Positions 16,167-29,309 of a DNA stretch of 64,000 nucleotides are shown piece by piece. Within the stretch, counting starts at the first letter, position 1. The number at the start of each line of letters is the position of its first letter. The position numbers and the translations under genes were made by a program. Below the pieces are notes generated by a model, which saw only the letters and a program-made list of their open reading frames with translations, searched no databases and was not told where the DNA came from. Source of the stretch: Chrysomallon squamiferum (lineage: Eukaryota; Animalia; Mollusca); the NCBI GenBank assembly GCA_012295275.1, contig CM022673.1, positions 22,258,001-22,322,000 of the forward strand, written 5' to 3'.

Positions 16167-16957
16167 GTAAAATACTGGCTGCTGTGTAATAGAAATAAGG
16201 TACAGATGATTAAATATGGAAGCAATCCATGACCTCGCACTACAAATCGTTATTCACCTGGATACGATCCTTTTTACGACTTCCCGCCCGACTGGTGTAA
16301 CTGATAACATTTCGGGAAAGGTACAAGAAATAGATTTTCATTACGGGATTCATTTTACCGTTAACAGTCCATACAACCGTGAAATAGACTTGAAATATAT
16401 CCAAGCTGATTAAACTTTAACATAAAATTGAAAAAAAAAACAAAAAAAAAAACAACAATAAATAAATAAATAAATAAATAAATAAAAGAAACTCTTTTTT
16501 CATACGTAAAAAGCTACCTTGCAGGCTGGAAGTGAAACCAGGCAGATTTCTTACTAAGAATGTTGCAGTAGAGATAAACGAACGTTGCTGAAGTATTAAT
16601 ACAGATTATGTTTTGGTCGAAACACGTTATGACATGCGTAGCATACTTTTGGGATTCCTTTGAAACACGAAATTTAAAACTATGTCGATTTTTTTGTTTA
16701 ACTTTAAGTTTAAATGTACAGAAAGATAATTAGGAGTTGTAACTTGATTAAGATAAATTTTACACAAAGAGTCCGTCTTTGATATCATTACATTAAGTTT
16801 CTACAGGACCAGAGTAACCTGCTGGGCACAGCACATAAATATTTATGTACGAAAGCTTACGTGTATGTATATATGCTTGTGTGTGTATATTTATATGAAT
16901 ATATATATAAATATATAAATATATATATATGTTTGTGGAGTGTATGAGTTAAGGTAC

Positions 16958-17007
<50 letters not shown>

Positions 17008-17606
17008 ATATATATATAGTCAGAAGTTTCACTAAACATTCACTGATTCACGTTTGCATGTATATAGATTTTGTTTTGGTATATAAACCTATATCATGTA
17101 AAACAGACTACTTACTTATTATACCGATCTTCAGTTGATTCATTTATCATGCATTTACGAGGTACCATACCACTAATAAACAAATAAGTATGTAACTAAC
17201 GAACGAACGAAAGAACGAAAAAAACTAAAGAATAAACGAAATAAATAAATAAAAGCAAATGTCAATATTTACCTTTCTTTTGAAAACGAAGCTATAGCAA
17301 TTCAGAATATATCAGAATATATCAAAAGGGATAACTTTTGTTTATACGTACGCTTTCGTTTAAGTGTATTCTCATTAAATATCTATTATGTAGGTTGTTC
17401 AGTGCTTGATGATTTTTTTTTAAATATTTTTTTTTCATCTGAAGAATATAAACTAAGACGAAGCAAAGCAGTTTATTGCTGAAGGGTCTAATACATAATT
17501 TATAATATGTAATGTAAGTACGACTTTGAAATTTGCGAATATGTGCAAGTAAATACAATTAAACAAATGCAAATATGAAATGTACAGATATATATTAGTA
17601 TATAAC

Positions 17607-17656
<50 letters not shown>

Positions 17657-18208
17657 ATGACTGCATTTATTAATGTATACACATAGATGTTACATGTTGT
17701 TAGTAAACGTTTTATGAATTTATTTAGATTTACTTTTTGTGGGACTTGTGCAATGGAGAAAGCATTTATAATAAATGTGTTATAACTACGTGAAAGAAAG
17801 AAGCTGTATCAAACAAAATCCCATGTTTTAATGTATAAAGAATGAATAATAATAATAATAAGAAGAAGAAGAAGAAGAAGAAAATAATAATTTAAAAAAC
17901 AATGTTAAATAGAATAATAAAAATTCCTTATTAATTCTCTTAACTGTTAACTGAAGAAAACAATGTAATGTGCTGTTCACGAAACATAATTAATATTAAC
18001 ATTATTTAATAACGATATGACTGAAACATACTTGTAACTGACAGTTATAATTACCACGATTATAAACACATCGGCCAGCGATAATTAGCCTCGGGGTCGT
18101 TTCCTGGAGATAATCACCCGATAACAGCTGACTTCGTGTGAATTTAGCTGTGTGATTTCTCACTCAGTGACGTGAAATGTTTCAGGGTCTTAGGGGTCGT
18201 ATTTGGCT

Positions 18209-18241
18209 CCGGAAATCACGTGACTGCAGTTGTAACAACTG
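18209..18241. promoter_or_regulatory. ETS (CCGGAA) plus TCACGTGAC E-box plus palindrome CAGTTGT-A-ACAACTG
   Basis: Motif matches within the CpG-rich block 18050-18330. Confidence 0.45.
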
Positions 18242-21200
18242 GTGAAAGTGCGTGTTCAGGTGTATGTAGATAATGGAACGTGTTGTGTCTGTTTATTATT
18301 ATTAGAGTCATGCGGATGCTGAACGACCTTGATTGTTAAGAAGGTTATATTCTCTGGAACTATAATGATAAATTAAATGGTTATTTTTATGATATTATGT
18401 GAAAACAGATAAAAAAATTTTTTTTTTTTTTTTTAAATCCAAACACATTTTCGTTTACTTGCACTGACAAATACATAGAGAAGTTTTTGTCCGATATATG
18501 TCAAGTCCTGAAAGCGTGCACGCACACATAGGCAAACACAACCACACATTTACATTCAGACAGATACGCGCACAAACATTCACATATAGATAAAAACACA
18601 CACTCACCAATACGGAAATTTGCACAGGTAATTAATCTAACATCATTATTGAAAAACTGATTCGTTCATAAGTTCAGCGATCTTTAATGTTAAAATGTAT
18701 TATACTGTATAAATAATCCTATTTTACTTAAACATTTTAAACTTTCCAATTATTAACAGAAAACGAGCAACTTAAACATTATTTTTTAAACCACATATAA
18801 TATCTGTAGCAAAAAACCCCACTAAAATAATAATAATAAGAAGAAGAAGAAGAAGAAGAATAAGAATAATAATAATAATAGTAATTTAAAAATAATAATA
18901 AAAGATTAGAAAACCATTTTGATGAATGCTGAAAGAAAATGAAACTCAACCTGCTTCACAATGTAGAGATTTAAAATAATTTTAAAATATTTTATTGTTT
19001 TTTAATATTTAATCTGGTATAGATTCTAATTCTAATAAACCGATACGCGCTTTTATGTAATTTATTTGGTAGAAATAATACTTTAGCGACCAGTAAAACC
19101 ATGAAACTTATAAGCTCAAATATAATCTAAGATAGTGATTAAAAGTGTAATAAAAAGGTGCAGGTGAGGTGATAAAATATAAATCAAATTTTTAACAGCA
19201 TATCTTTTATAAACCAGTTCAAAAGCACACCAACTATATATATAAAAACATACATATACAAAAAAACATATATAAAAAGTAATCGCAGTCAGACTGCAAT
19301 GTTTTGAGCAATTTTTTATTTTACTTCTATTAGAGAACTGGTCAGGTACGCTTATCCAGTAGATACAGGTTTGTTCTCTTTCTTGAAATTTATATTAGAC
19401 TGAACTTTCATGTTATTCTACTGACTAATGTATTATACTATTGTTAAACAACTTACAAATAGCTTAATCCATTCACTTTCAGGGATATGATAAAGCTACA
19501 GAATGTGTGTAAATATGATGGAGGTAAGTTTTCTGGATACTTGTTTTGCTTTGTATTTTTTTTTTTGATAATCGCCGTAAAAAGATTATTATGTAAAGTC
19601 CAAATTTTAATTATCTTTAAGAAAATTTATTTGTTAGTAATTTCGAAATACCTTCGCTAATAGTACTAAAACAATCACATGGACCGTATGTCTTATTGTC
19701 TTTGTGTGTGTTTGTATGTTAATAATTACTTTAAATGTATAACAAATACTTACGTGCCTATTATATGTATGTATGTATATATGCATACATGTGTGTGTAT
19801 ATGTATGTGTGTGTACGTACGTTCCTATGTATATGTGTGAGGGTATGTGTATATACTTCATTAACACTGCGATTACCCCTATATATGCACGTATATGTAA
19901 AAAATGATTTCTATACATACACGTGAATCTCAATAAAATGTGGATTTATTCATATCCTATTTAAACTAGTCAGAATAAACTACAACAAAAAACAACAACA
20001 CACTGAAAGGTCCACATTTTTTAATTTCATCTACAGTTTGATACTTTGTATCTCAAATGTTTTTTCTTGTATCTTCTGTATATATATATTTAAGAAAAAA
20101 GAAGTGTTTTTTCTTTTAAATATATGTCACTTATTTACAATGCAAATACACTCCACTGCTTGGCAGCAAGAAAAAAGAGGAAACATTATACGTGGGAACT
20201 TCTGGAAATAAATATCTATTTACTAATGCTAATAATAATTACTAGTCTTCTTACAAAGATACCAAAACCAAAATCTGACCTTATTTTTTTACAAACAATT
20301 TATAAATTTAAAAATAAAAAAAATAAAAAGAAGAAGGAAAAAAAGAAGCGTAACATGAAACAACAGAATAAAAATAAATAAATATAATAAAAATGAATAT
20401 TGGTTAGATTAGCAAAAAGGTGAAGAAATACAAATGGCGAAAATCCTTGGTAAATCGTACAACGGTTAATTATAAGTGTATTGCTTGGCATTAAGGCTGT
20501 GTTCAGTTAAATTCGGAAATTATATATTTTTTTATTCCGTTTTTTTTTTTTTTTTTTTTTTTTCTCCACTTTTTCCCCCCTCAGCTTATTATTATACAGT
20601 TTACTACACAAGCATATAAGTAAAGAAACTGGACTGTTAATGGTTACAGATTCGGTTTTAACAAATAACAAAAGGAGGTAAATAATACATTCAAACACCA
20701 ATTTTGTATGTATATATATGTACATTTTTATGTCGTTTAAGTAACTGAATATCCACTTTGTACAGTAAGAAACTACTGTGGTCAAATGTAAGTAGTTTCA
20801 GTTTTATTTATTGTGCGTGTGTTACAGCGGTTGGTGTTATATAATGGGAATTTTACCAACAGACAAACCAACCAAACAGTGAAGTAACCTGTCAACAAAG
20901 AATAAATATTTACATGCAATATTATTATTCGAATTTTGAGAAATCAATTTAACTTTTGACATGGCAATCACGACTTCTATAAAACGTACGTATGTGTCTA
21001 ATTGTGCATATGTATGTTTAGGTGTCTTTGCAGCTAAAGTAGCTTCAAAAGGGATAAATTTAAAACTACATAAATAAATAAAAAGAAGAAGACAGTTTTA
21101 TAAGTTTACAAAGACGGACATTTTATAGTTGGTTTAATGTGAACAGCAAAGTTGTTCTTTTTTCTAACAATATAATCTTTATTAAGATGCATTTTTATAT

Positions 21201-21886
21201 TATTTAAAATAATAATTTGCATATAATAAAATAAAAAATGATAAATAAACTAATTAAAAATAAAAACGACAGAAAAGAAAAGAAGAAAAAATGTGGGGAA
21301 AAAAAAAAAAGAAAGAAAAAGATATTTTAGATATGGATTATAAAATGTGTTTTTTATATGTATATACAGATGTTTAAAGACGATTCACAAATGTAATTTA
21401 TTTTGGGACACATGGTAAATCGGCCAGATTTAACCCGTTTTTTTAATTTTATCATTATTATTATTATTTTTTTTTTATGTAACCGTTTATTTTGGCGCCA
21501 CTTCTCTAGTTACGAAATTGCTTTTCGTTATAACGGTAATATGACATCATTTCGCGAAATCAAACAAAATACTGCGGTAGTACAGTTTATATCGTTCTAG
21601 CCAGTCCAGCCACGTTTCAACATATTTTTGTATGCTGATCAGTAAATTACAGTTCAGAAGACCAATAACAGAAATAAATCACGATTTGGTATACTGATTT
21701 AAAAAAAAAAAAAAAAATAGTTCATGTTCTGTTACGCTGAAGTAACGGTCTGCTAGTACAGTACTTGATAAGCTGTATAAATGTTATTTAAAGCCAAGCA
21801 TTATCATTACGGCAAAAACTTATTGTTACATTGATACTTGTACAAATTTAAAAAGAAAAAGAAACGAATAAACATAATTAATAAGA

Positions 21887-21928
<42 letters not shown>

Positions 21929-22155
21929 GCTAAATAAAATACACGATATTGAATTTTCTATAATCATTTAAATTCGCCATATAAATTAAATATATTAATT
22001 AATTAATTAATAAAATAATTAAAAAATAAATACTTAAAAACGAATTTTGAATAAAAAAGAAAACAAATATTGCCATTTATTTCGACAGCGGCATAAAATA
22101 CAACTCTGCCCACATCGAATACAATACTTGAATGCTGCCTCGGATATGAAACAAT

Positions 22156-22169
22156 TTTATTTATTTATT
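22156..22169 (-). terminator. Candidate proximal polyadenylation signal(s) AATAAA of the BMI1-like gene
   Basis: Overlapping AATAAA hexamers about 740 nt downstream of the stop, followed by GU-rich sequence; more distal candidates at 20803-20812 and 19945-19950. Confidence 0.4.
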
Positions 22170-22903
22170 AACAAAAAACAGCTTCAAAACCCACGATTCA
22201 TAAAATATAACTCCTTTAGTAGAAGTCTGTGTTGTATACTGAACACAAAGAAAAACATTAACAAGGAACACAATTTAACATATTAGGTAATCCACGGATA
22301 ATTGTTACAAACTACGTAATCCATATGAAATCAGTTGTTTTGGTAATCCAAATCTGAAATCGATTTTCAACTCACATAAATTCGAGTAGCACTTGTCCTC
22401 GAATAAATTCAAATACATTCGAATATCATCTGACATCTTGTAAATTCAAAATGAGTTTGACATCTTATTCAAATTTCATTTTACCTATCGTAAACCAAAC
22501 TTCATTTAGCTCCATATAATAATCGAAATAAATTTGTGCTCACATTATTCCAAAGTTCACTTGACGTAAATTCCAGAGAGTTAAATGAATGTAATCCAGA
22601 TCACTGTATAACTCAGACACATTCACAACACTTAGTTAGTTGTTAAATATGTTCTCCAGTAGCCATTGTATCACAGAACTTCATGTCAAATAAAGCTCCA
22701 TTGTGAAGATATTCGAAACAAAGATATATATTATTAAATGCAAGGAATCCCTCCAATACATACTATAAAATACATAGTATCCAGATTTGTGATCCTAAAT
22801 TTTGGCGACACCCCTCCAGACTCCATTTCAAGAATTGAGTGAATTGAACGACAATGTATCAAAGAAAGAAATGAATATGTGACAACAGAACAAGATGGTC
22901 ACT

Positions 22904-23689
22904 TCAGTTGATGTGTGACGGCTGTGAATAATCTAAAGGCATAACGCTCGTGTCCGATGGATAATTCATTTCAGGTGGAGGTTTAGGCAGCTCATGAATT
23001 CTGCTGTAGCTGCTGGTGACAAAGTCGTGGTGGCTGTGCCACGACAACGAGTGCTCCGACTCGCTCAGACGACGGCAATCCGTACCCGGTGAACTTTCAT
23101 AGTCCGTGGCAGAGTCGCTGCTTTGACTGGCTCGCGCGACGTCGTTGCCGTCGGCAACTGTGTCTCGCTTAGACGAATCAAAATCGTCGTCCTCTTCGAC
23201 ATCTATATCTTCCTCCTCGTCATCGTCGGTTTCCATTCTCTGCATAGGAACCTTGTCCATAGCTCGAACACTGTCCGGTTCTATAGTGCTGTGGTCATTA
23301 TTGTTCAACTGGTCATCCTCTCTAAGGACAGTCTCTCTGGCAGCCATTTTGTTTTCACTTCTCGAAGCTGCCTCCTCGCTGTGAGACAACAGACATGCCT
23401 GACATGGAGCTTCCGGTTCCGCAGATATGGAATCTACTTCCTGTTCCACTGAATGGATTTTTACTTCAGGTTCAGCTGCAGAAACTGTATTTTTCTCCTC
23501 GGCCTGGTTGCTATGAGCCGACTCGATGTCACGTGATTCTGATTTCAGGTCCTCGCTCTGTTTCAGCGTTTCCTCTTGTGCACTGACTACTTTCTCTGAT
23601 TTCACGCGCATTTCTGATTTTACCACCAATGACGTAGGACATTTTTCTGGAGTCTGATAGAAGGCGTAATACAATTTCATAATACCTTG
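22904..23689 (-). CDS. BMI1: BMI1-like last coding exon: end of RAWUL (QGIMKLYY) plus long acidic low-complexity tail
   Basis: Acceptor ttttacttcag|CAA, 261 codons then TGA; corresponds to the 258-aa ORF in the track. Confidence 0.93.
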   Translation of the reverse strand, partial: QGIMKLYYAFYQTPEKCPTSLVVKSEMRVKSEKVVSAQEETLKQSEDLKSESRDIESAHSNQAEEKNTVSAAEPEVKIHSVEQEVDSISAEPEAPCQACLLSHSEEAASRSENKMAARETVLREDDQLNNNDHSTIEPDSVRAMDKVPMQRMETDDDEEEDIDVEEDDDFDSSKRDTVADGNDVARASQSSDSATDYESSPGTDCRRLSESEHSLSWHSHHDFVTSSYSRIHELPKPPPEMNYPSDTSVMPLDYSQPSHIN

Positions 23690-23708
23690 CTGAAGTAAAA
23701 AATAATAA

Positions 23709-23745
<37 letters not shown>

Positions 23746-23761
23746 AACAATAATAATAACA

Positions 23762-23852
<91 letters not shown>

Positions 23853-24336
23853 TTAAATTAAAAAATTAAAAATGATAAGCATTATATTTTTAGTTGTTGT
23901 TTTCTTTTCGTTCTTTCATATAATTTATTATTATTATTATTATTCTCCTTTTAAATATTCTATAACAACTTTCGTTCCATCAGCTATCTTGCTAGAGATA
24001 TTGTGGCCACATATAAAGTTTGTATTAGAAACAATCGCTAAAAGGAAATAATAATTTATAATTTATAAATATTTCATTTTTTTATAATGATAACAGCCAT
24101 ACCCGTCTCCAGGAGTAGATGTATGCGATATCTATCAGACTGTAATGGTCTCGAAGCGGTTCGTCCGTATAGTGAAGATCAATCTGAAATGTATGATTAA
24201 AGTAGTGTATTTCTGAAAATGACAAAGACAGAGGCAGAGAAACAAATAGAAAGGCGAAAAAATGACAGAAGATAAGTTTAGCAAGAGAGAGAGCGAGAGA
24301 CAGAGAGAGAGAAGAGAGAGAGAGAGAGAAAGAGAG

Positions 24337-24424
<88 letters not shown>

Positions 24425-25821
24425 AAAACACAGACTCACAGATAAAGAGAAAGAGAATGAAAAATGTGTTACATATATGCTAGTAGTTAAGATGCCCAAA
24501 CAAATTCATTTGTTTGTATGTCTATTATGGCTGGTAATCAGAAAAAAATTGTGAGTGATAAATAATGTTCCAAATAAATAGCTTATTGTGTTATTTGACT
24601 GGTGGGGGGAATATTAATGTTAAAGAAAACGTGTTTGTTTTGTGGTGTTTTTTTGTTTTTTTTGCTATCAAACAGATTTCAAATGATTTTATCTGAATGC
24701 TTGACTGTCAAACTGACTTCATATCAAGGTTTACCTGGATGTGGGGTGGCAGTGAATACTTAAGACGGAGGAATTTCTTCAGATGAGACACGGTGAAAGC
24801 TCCTGGACATTTCAAGTATCTTCGGTCTGAGTGCTACAGAACAATACAACAATGTGATATTTCATCAGGGCTGATTCATACATGGAATCGAGAAAATTTA
24901 CATATACACGAATTTTCTTATTAAGCAAACGAAGTCATTTACATACACACACCTATTTCAAATACATATATACGTAGATACACACAGAGAAACACGAACA
25001 GAAACGAAGATACACATTTTAACGGATTATGGTTCAGTAATTACAAACAGAGAACCCCTTTCATTATTTTCAAATCTAAATCTGCTACTCTATTTTTCGA
25101 AAAAAAACGCTAAGCTATTGATCATTTTTGTACAGTAAAGTTCTACTGAACTCTGTACAAAATTATCACTCATTTTCAAAATCTAAGAATTAAACTGAGA
25201 CCAAAACGTTGACGAGTAGTATTAAATTCAGTATCTAAAAACTGAAACGATTAGATATTACCTTTACTTGGTCCGTTGTAGAATCTTCTGGATTACCACT
25301 GAAAATAAAAATAAAATCTTCATCTGTAGATAAATTGGTAAATGATAAGTTTTGAAATCTGCAGCAAAAAACAAATAATGATATATATAAATAAATAAAT
25401 AAATAAATAAAATTTAAAACAATAATAATAATAATAAATTAATAAAATAATTTTACATCTTCGGAAGGAGGGCAAAACGAATACTAAAGAAAACAAAGCT
25501 GTACTACTTCAGAAAACCCTACATCGTGGAATGCTTATTTATTAAATGACATTTCAACGCACTAAAATGTTAATGTCAAACAAATTGTTTTGTTTTTTTT
25601 GTTTTTTTTTATATAACGATTTATCTGTTACACTTGTCGATTTATATCAAACATCCAAGCATCTGTGTATGTATATGTATATATGTATGTATGTATGTGT
25701 GTGTGTGTGTGTGTGTATGTATCTATCTATGTATGGATGCATGCATGCATGCATGTATATTATGTATGCATGTGTGTATGTGTATGTGTATGTGTGTATG
25801 TATGTATGTATGCATGCATGC

Positions 25822-25879
<58 letters not shown>

Positions 25880-28298
25880 ATGTCTGTGTCTATGTCTGTG
25901 GGTCTGTCTATGGATGCATATATATCTATGTAAATTAATACGTTAAATAAATAAGAAATCAATCATTTTAAAAAGCTAATAAAACAAAAGTGACTAATTT
26001 CTATAAAAATAGAAATAAACTAGAAAAAAAGATGTGCATACATAAACTGACATATTGATTTTATTTCACTATTTAATGGTTACATTACAAGTTTCAAGGA
26101 CGCATGAAATATTCTAGATTTCTCAGATCTGTTGATATATGCCACATGGACAATGCTAATGAATTTCATTATGTAAATGATATAAGTAATACTTGTAAGC
26201 TCATGTAACTGTTAACTGAATGCGCCATCTGTTGTACACTGTAGTGGTAACACGGGTAAGTAAGATGGAAACTTATTACCAGTAACAGCAATTTATTTAT
26301 TTATTTATTTTCTTTCTTTCTTTACACATTACTACTTCCACCTCTATAACAACCATTATGATTATAATAACTAATAGTAGCAGTAGTAACAGTCGTAGTT
26401 GTAGCTGTTGTAGCTGTAGCAGTAGTACTACCAGTAGTACCAGGGCTGCTAGTATTACAAATTGCACATATAAACCAGTCTGAAACCAAAATGCAGTGAA
26501 TATCTGTGTTCATTTTAATAAATCTACACTTAGTAAAAATATTTATAACAAAATAAACCGTAATTCTATATTGATACATAATATCATTTAAATATTGATA
26601 TGAAATACATAGCAGTTAATTGTTGTTAATATGGAATGTTTTACTATGTAACAGATATTAAACAGTAATAAGTAAAACATAAAATTGTTGACTATGAAAT
26701 GTTTTTATTTCAGGTGTGCAAGGATGAAAGGAAATGTTACTGGCCTTAATTAGCTTTCTGCTAGCCTGATTAATTGATATCTTACCTGGAACAGAATTGC
26801 AGGGATAGACTGAATTCCTCATCAGGGGAGTAGATTACTCGATTTGTTGTGCCAGGGGCGGATTCACACGATCCTGATGTGAACAATGTTAAATATAAAT
26901 ACAATCATATTGAAACTACCTGATCAGTAGCTACCAATTTTTCCCTGACAGCTTTTATTTATTTATTTATTTTCATTGTCTTTGTAAGAATTATAAACTA
27001 TCAACAGCACTTTATGAATACCAACAACAATACCTAGAGGCGCAATTACTGCAGCTGCGTTAATCTAAAGGTGGTTGAAATTTCTTCATAATTTGGTAAG
27101 AAGTCTTTGGAAAAAAAAAATATTGTATTTATACAGCAATTTGGAACAAATCAAACAATAGACCACTAATTTCTCCAGTTTGAGCTCCAAAGTTTTACGA
27201 GCATTTTTAATACAACTCATGAAATCTATTCACAAATGAGGTTCAAACCCCAATAAAGGACTGTGAATATATTCAAATTATCATTATTAAAATGCATATG
27301 AGTGTATGTTTTATTGCTAAGTGATTTTCAATTTCCCATAATTATCGATAAATAAACTAATGAATATTGACGACTATTTCTGTGAACTATAATGGTAATG
27401 TGAAGCACACGTTATGGAATATTCCTTTTGATTTTTTATTCTTTTTTGTTGCTTTTTGTTTGTTTGTTTGTTTGTTTTTGTTGTTGTTTTCTTTTTTCTT
27501 TTTCTGTGTATTTTTCTCTTTTTTTATTATTATTTTGTTTAATGATAAAATTAGCATTGGAAATATATTTATCGTAAAATTCTACGAAAAAAAAGACACT
27601 ACTACTAATAAATAACAATCATTTTAAAATACTTTTTAACAGAAACACGAAAAATACGTTTTGTTTTCAGGTAAAAAAATCGTATTAATCATTTTTATTA
27701 CAACTTTTTAACAAATTATACAATTTTAATAGAAAAATAATTTATTATGCCTGAAAAATCTATTATTAATTCGTCGTTAAAAATACAAGTTTACGTGCAG
27801 AAATAATAAAAAAGCTGATAAAACAGGTATATAAATAAAATTAAAAATAAATAATAAAATAAATTTTAAAATATTAGATGTTAATAATAATTATATAAAA
27901 CCGTAGTCTGAATCAAACAAGACTATAATATAAGAAACACAAAGGAAAAAAAATATATGGGGATCGAAACATTGCTTTTTCTAATTATACTGATTATAAC
28001 AATTAGTCAAGCTAACTCGATTCTTCTTTGGACTGATAAAAGTAATTATATTCTTTTAATTTTTGAATTACGAACGGTTTTGGAGGTAATTTGGGATAAG
28101 AAAGACATGAATGTGCGTTTGTTACATGTATATGGAAATGTGAAAACAACAGACAGAAAGATATTTACGTAGTTAAGTAATCTCAAGTTTAATTTTGTAA
28201 ATAAATAAAGAATATACCTGGGCATGGCCTGTTATTGTAGAATTCTCTCCGTCTTTTCATTTCAGCTGCGAGACAAAATTAATAATAATAATAATAAC

Positions 28299-28349
<51 letters not shown>

Positions 28350-28748
28350 TTCAATACGAATGAAAATAGCAAAAAACATTTAGGAATAGGAACATACTCA
28401 CACACGTGCATGCAACAAACTCACATCCAGGTATTATGGCTATAAAAATGGGACTCACTTTTAAAAAGACCAGGCACCACTTTGTATACAACGTTCTGGA
28501 GAACATGATCGGGTCTGAAACATAAAAACAATAAATGACATTTACGGCACATAATGCAAACAACATGACATTTTTACACCAGTTAAAGTCCACAACACGT
28601 GACATTTACTGATCACAGTGTAAATAGCTACAGACATTGTAAAATAAATGTAGGTAAAATTCATACGGAGCTTAAAAATATGATGGATTTCATCGTGACC
28701 ACGTCCAGTGTAACTCAAGTATTTCAGGGAACTGACTGAAAAGTAAAG

Positions 28749-28785
<37 letters not shown>

Positions 28786-29261
28786 GCTGAAAACTAACTG
28801 TGATGAATATTTATCAAACAGATGTGATTGTACAATTTTTATATATATGAACTCGCTACAGACAAATTCTCTGTATTTATGTTTATGTACTGAAGAATTA
28901 TTTTAACCGAAAACAAATAAATAATTTTAAGGTAATATAGGTTTTTTCAGAAATTGTCTAACATTTAAAATCAAAACAGACGTGGGCATGTATTGATATT
29001 AACGATTCAAATCCGACCGTATTTTGTTGCTAATAAAGTTAATTTATTAAAATAAAATGTAGGCAGCAAAAACAGAAATCGGTTTCTGAGTTAATTACAG
29101 AAATGAAAAAAGTTATTAAACTTAAAATAATGAAACGTCATTATAAAAAAACCCACTGATTAATTATTTATATCTGCGTGCACTTACTTTTCATTATTAA
29201 GGAAAAACAATCCAAACAAAAAACCCTAACATACTTTCTTTGAAAAGAAATAAACTTGTAC

Positions 29262-29309
<48 letters not shown>

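Noticed and set aside
22290-22660. Recurrent taatcc/aaattc words in the 3'UTR as a regulatory array
   Set aside because: Too degenerate to define a unit; compatible with AT-rich background
23123-23586. Plus-strand ORFs overlapping the last exon
   Set aside because: Antisense shadows of the real coding exon
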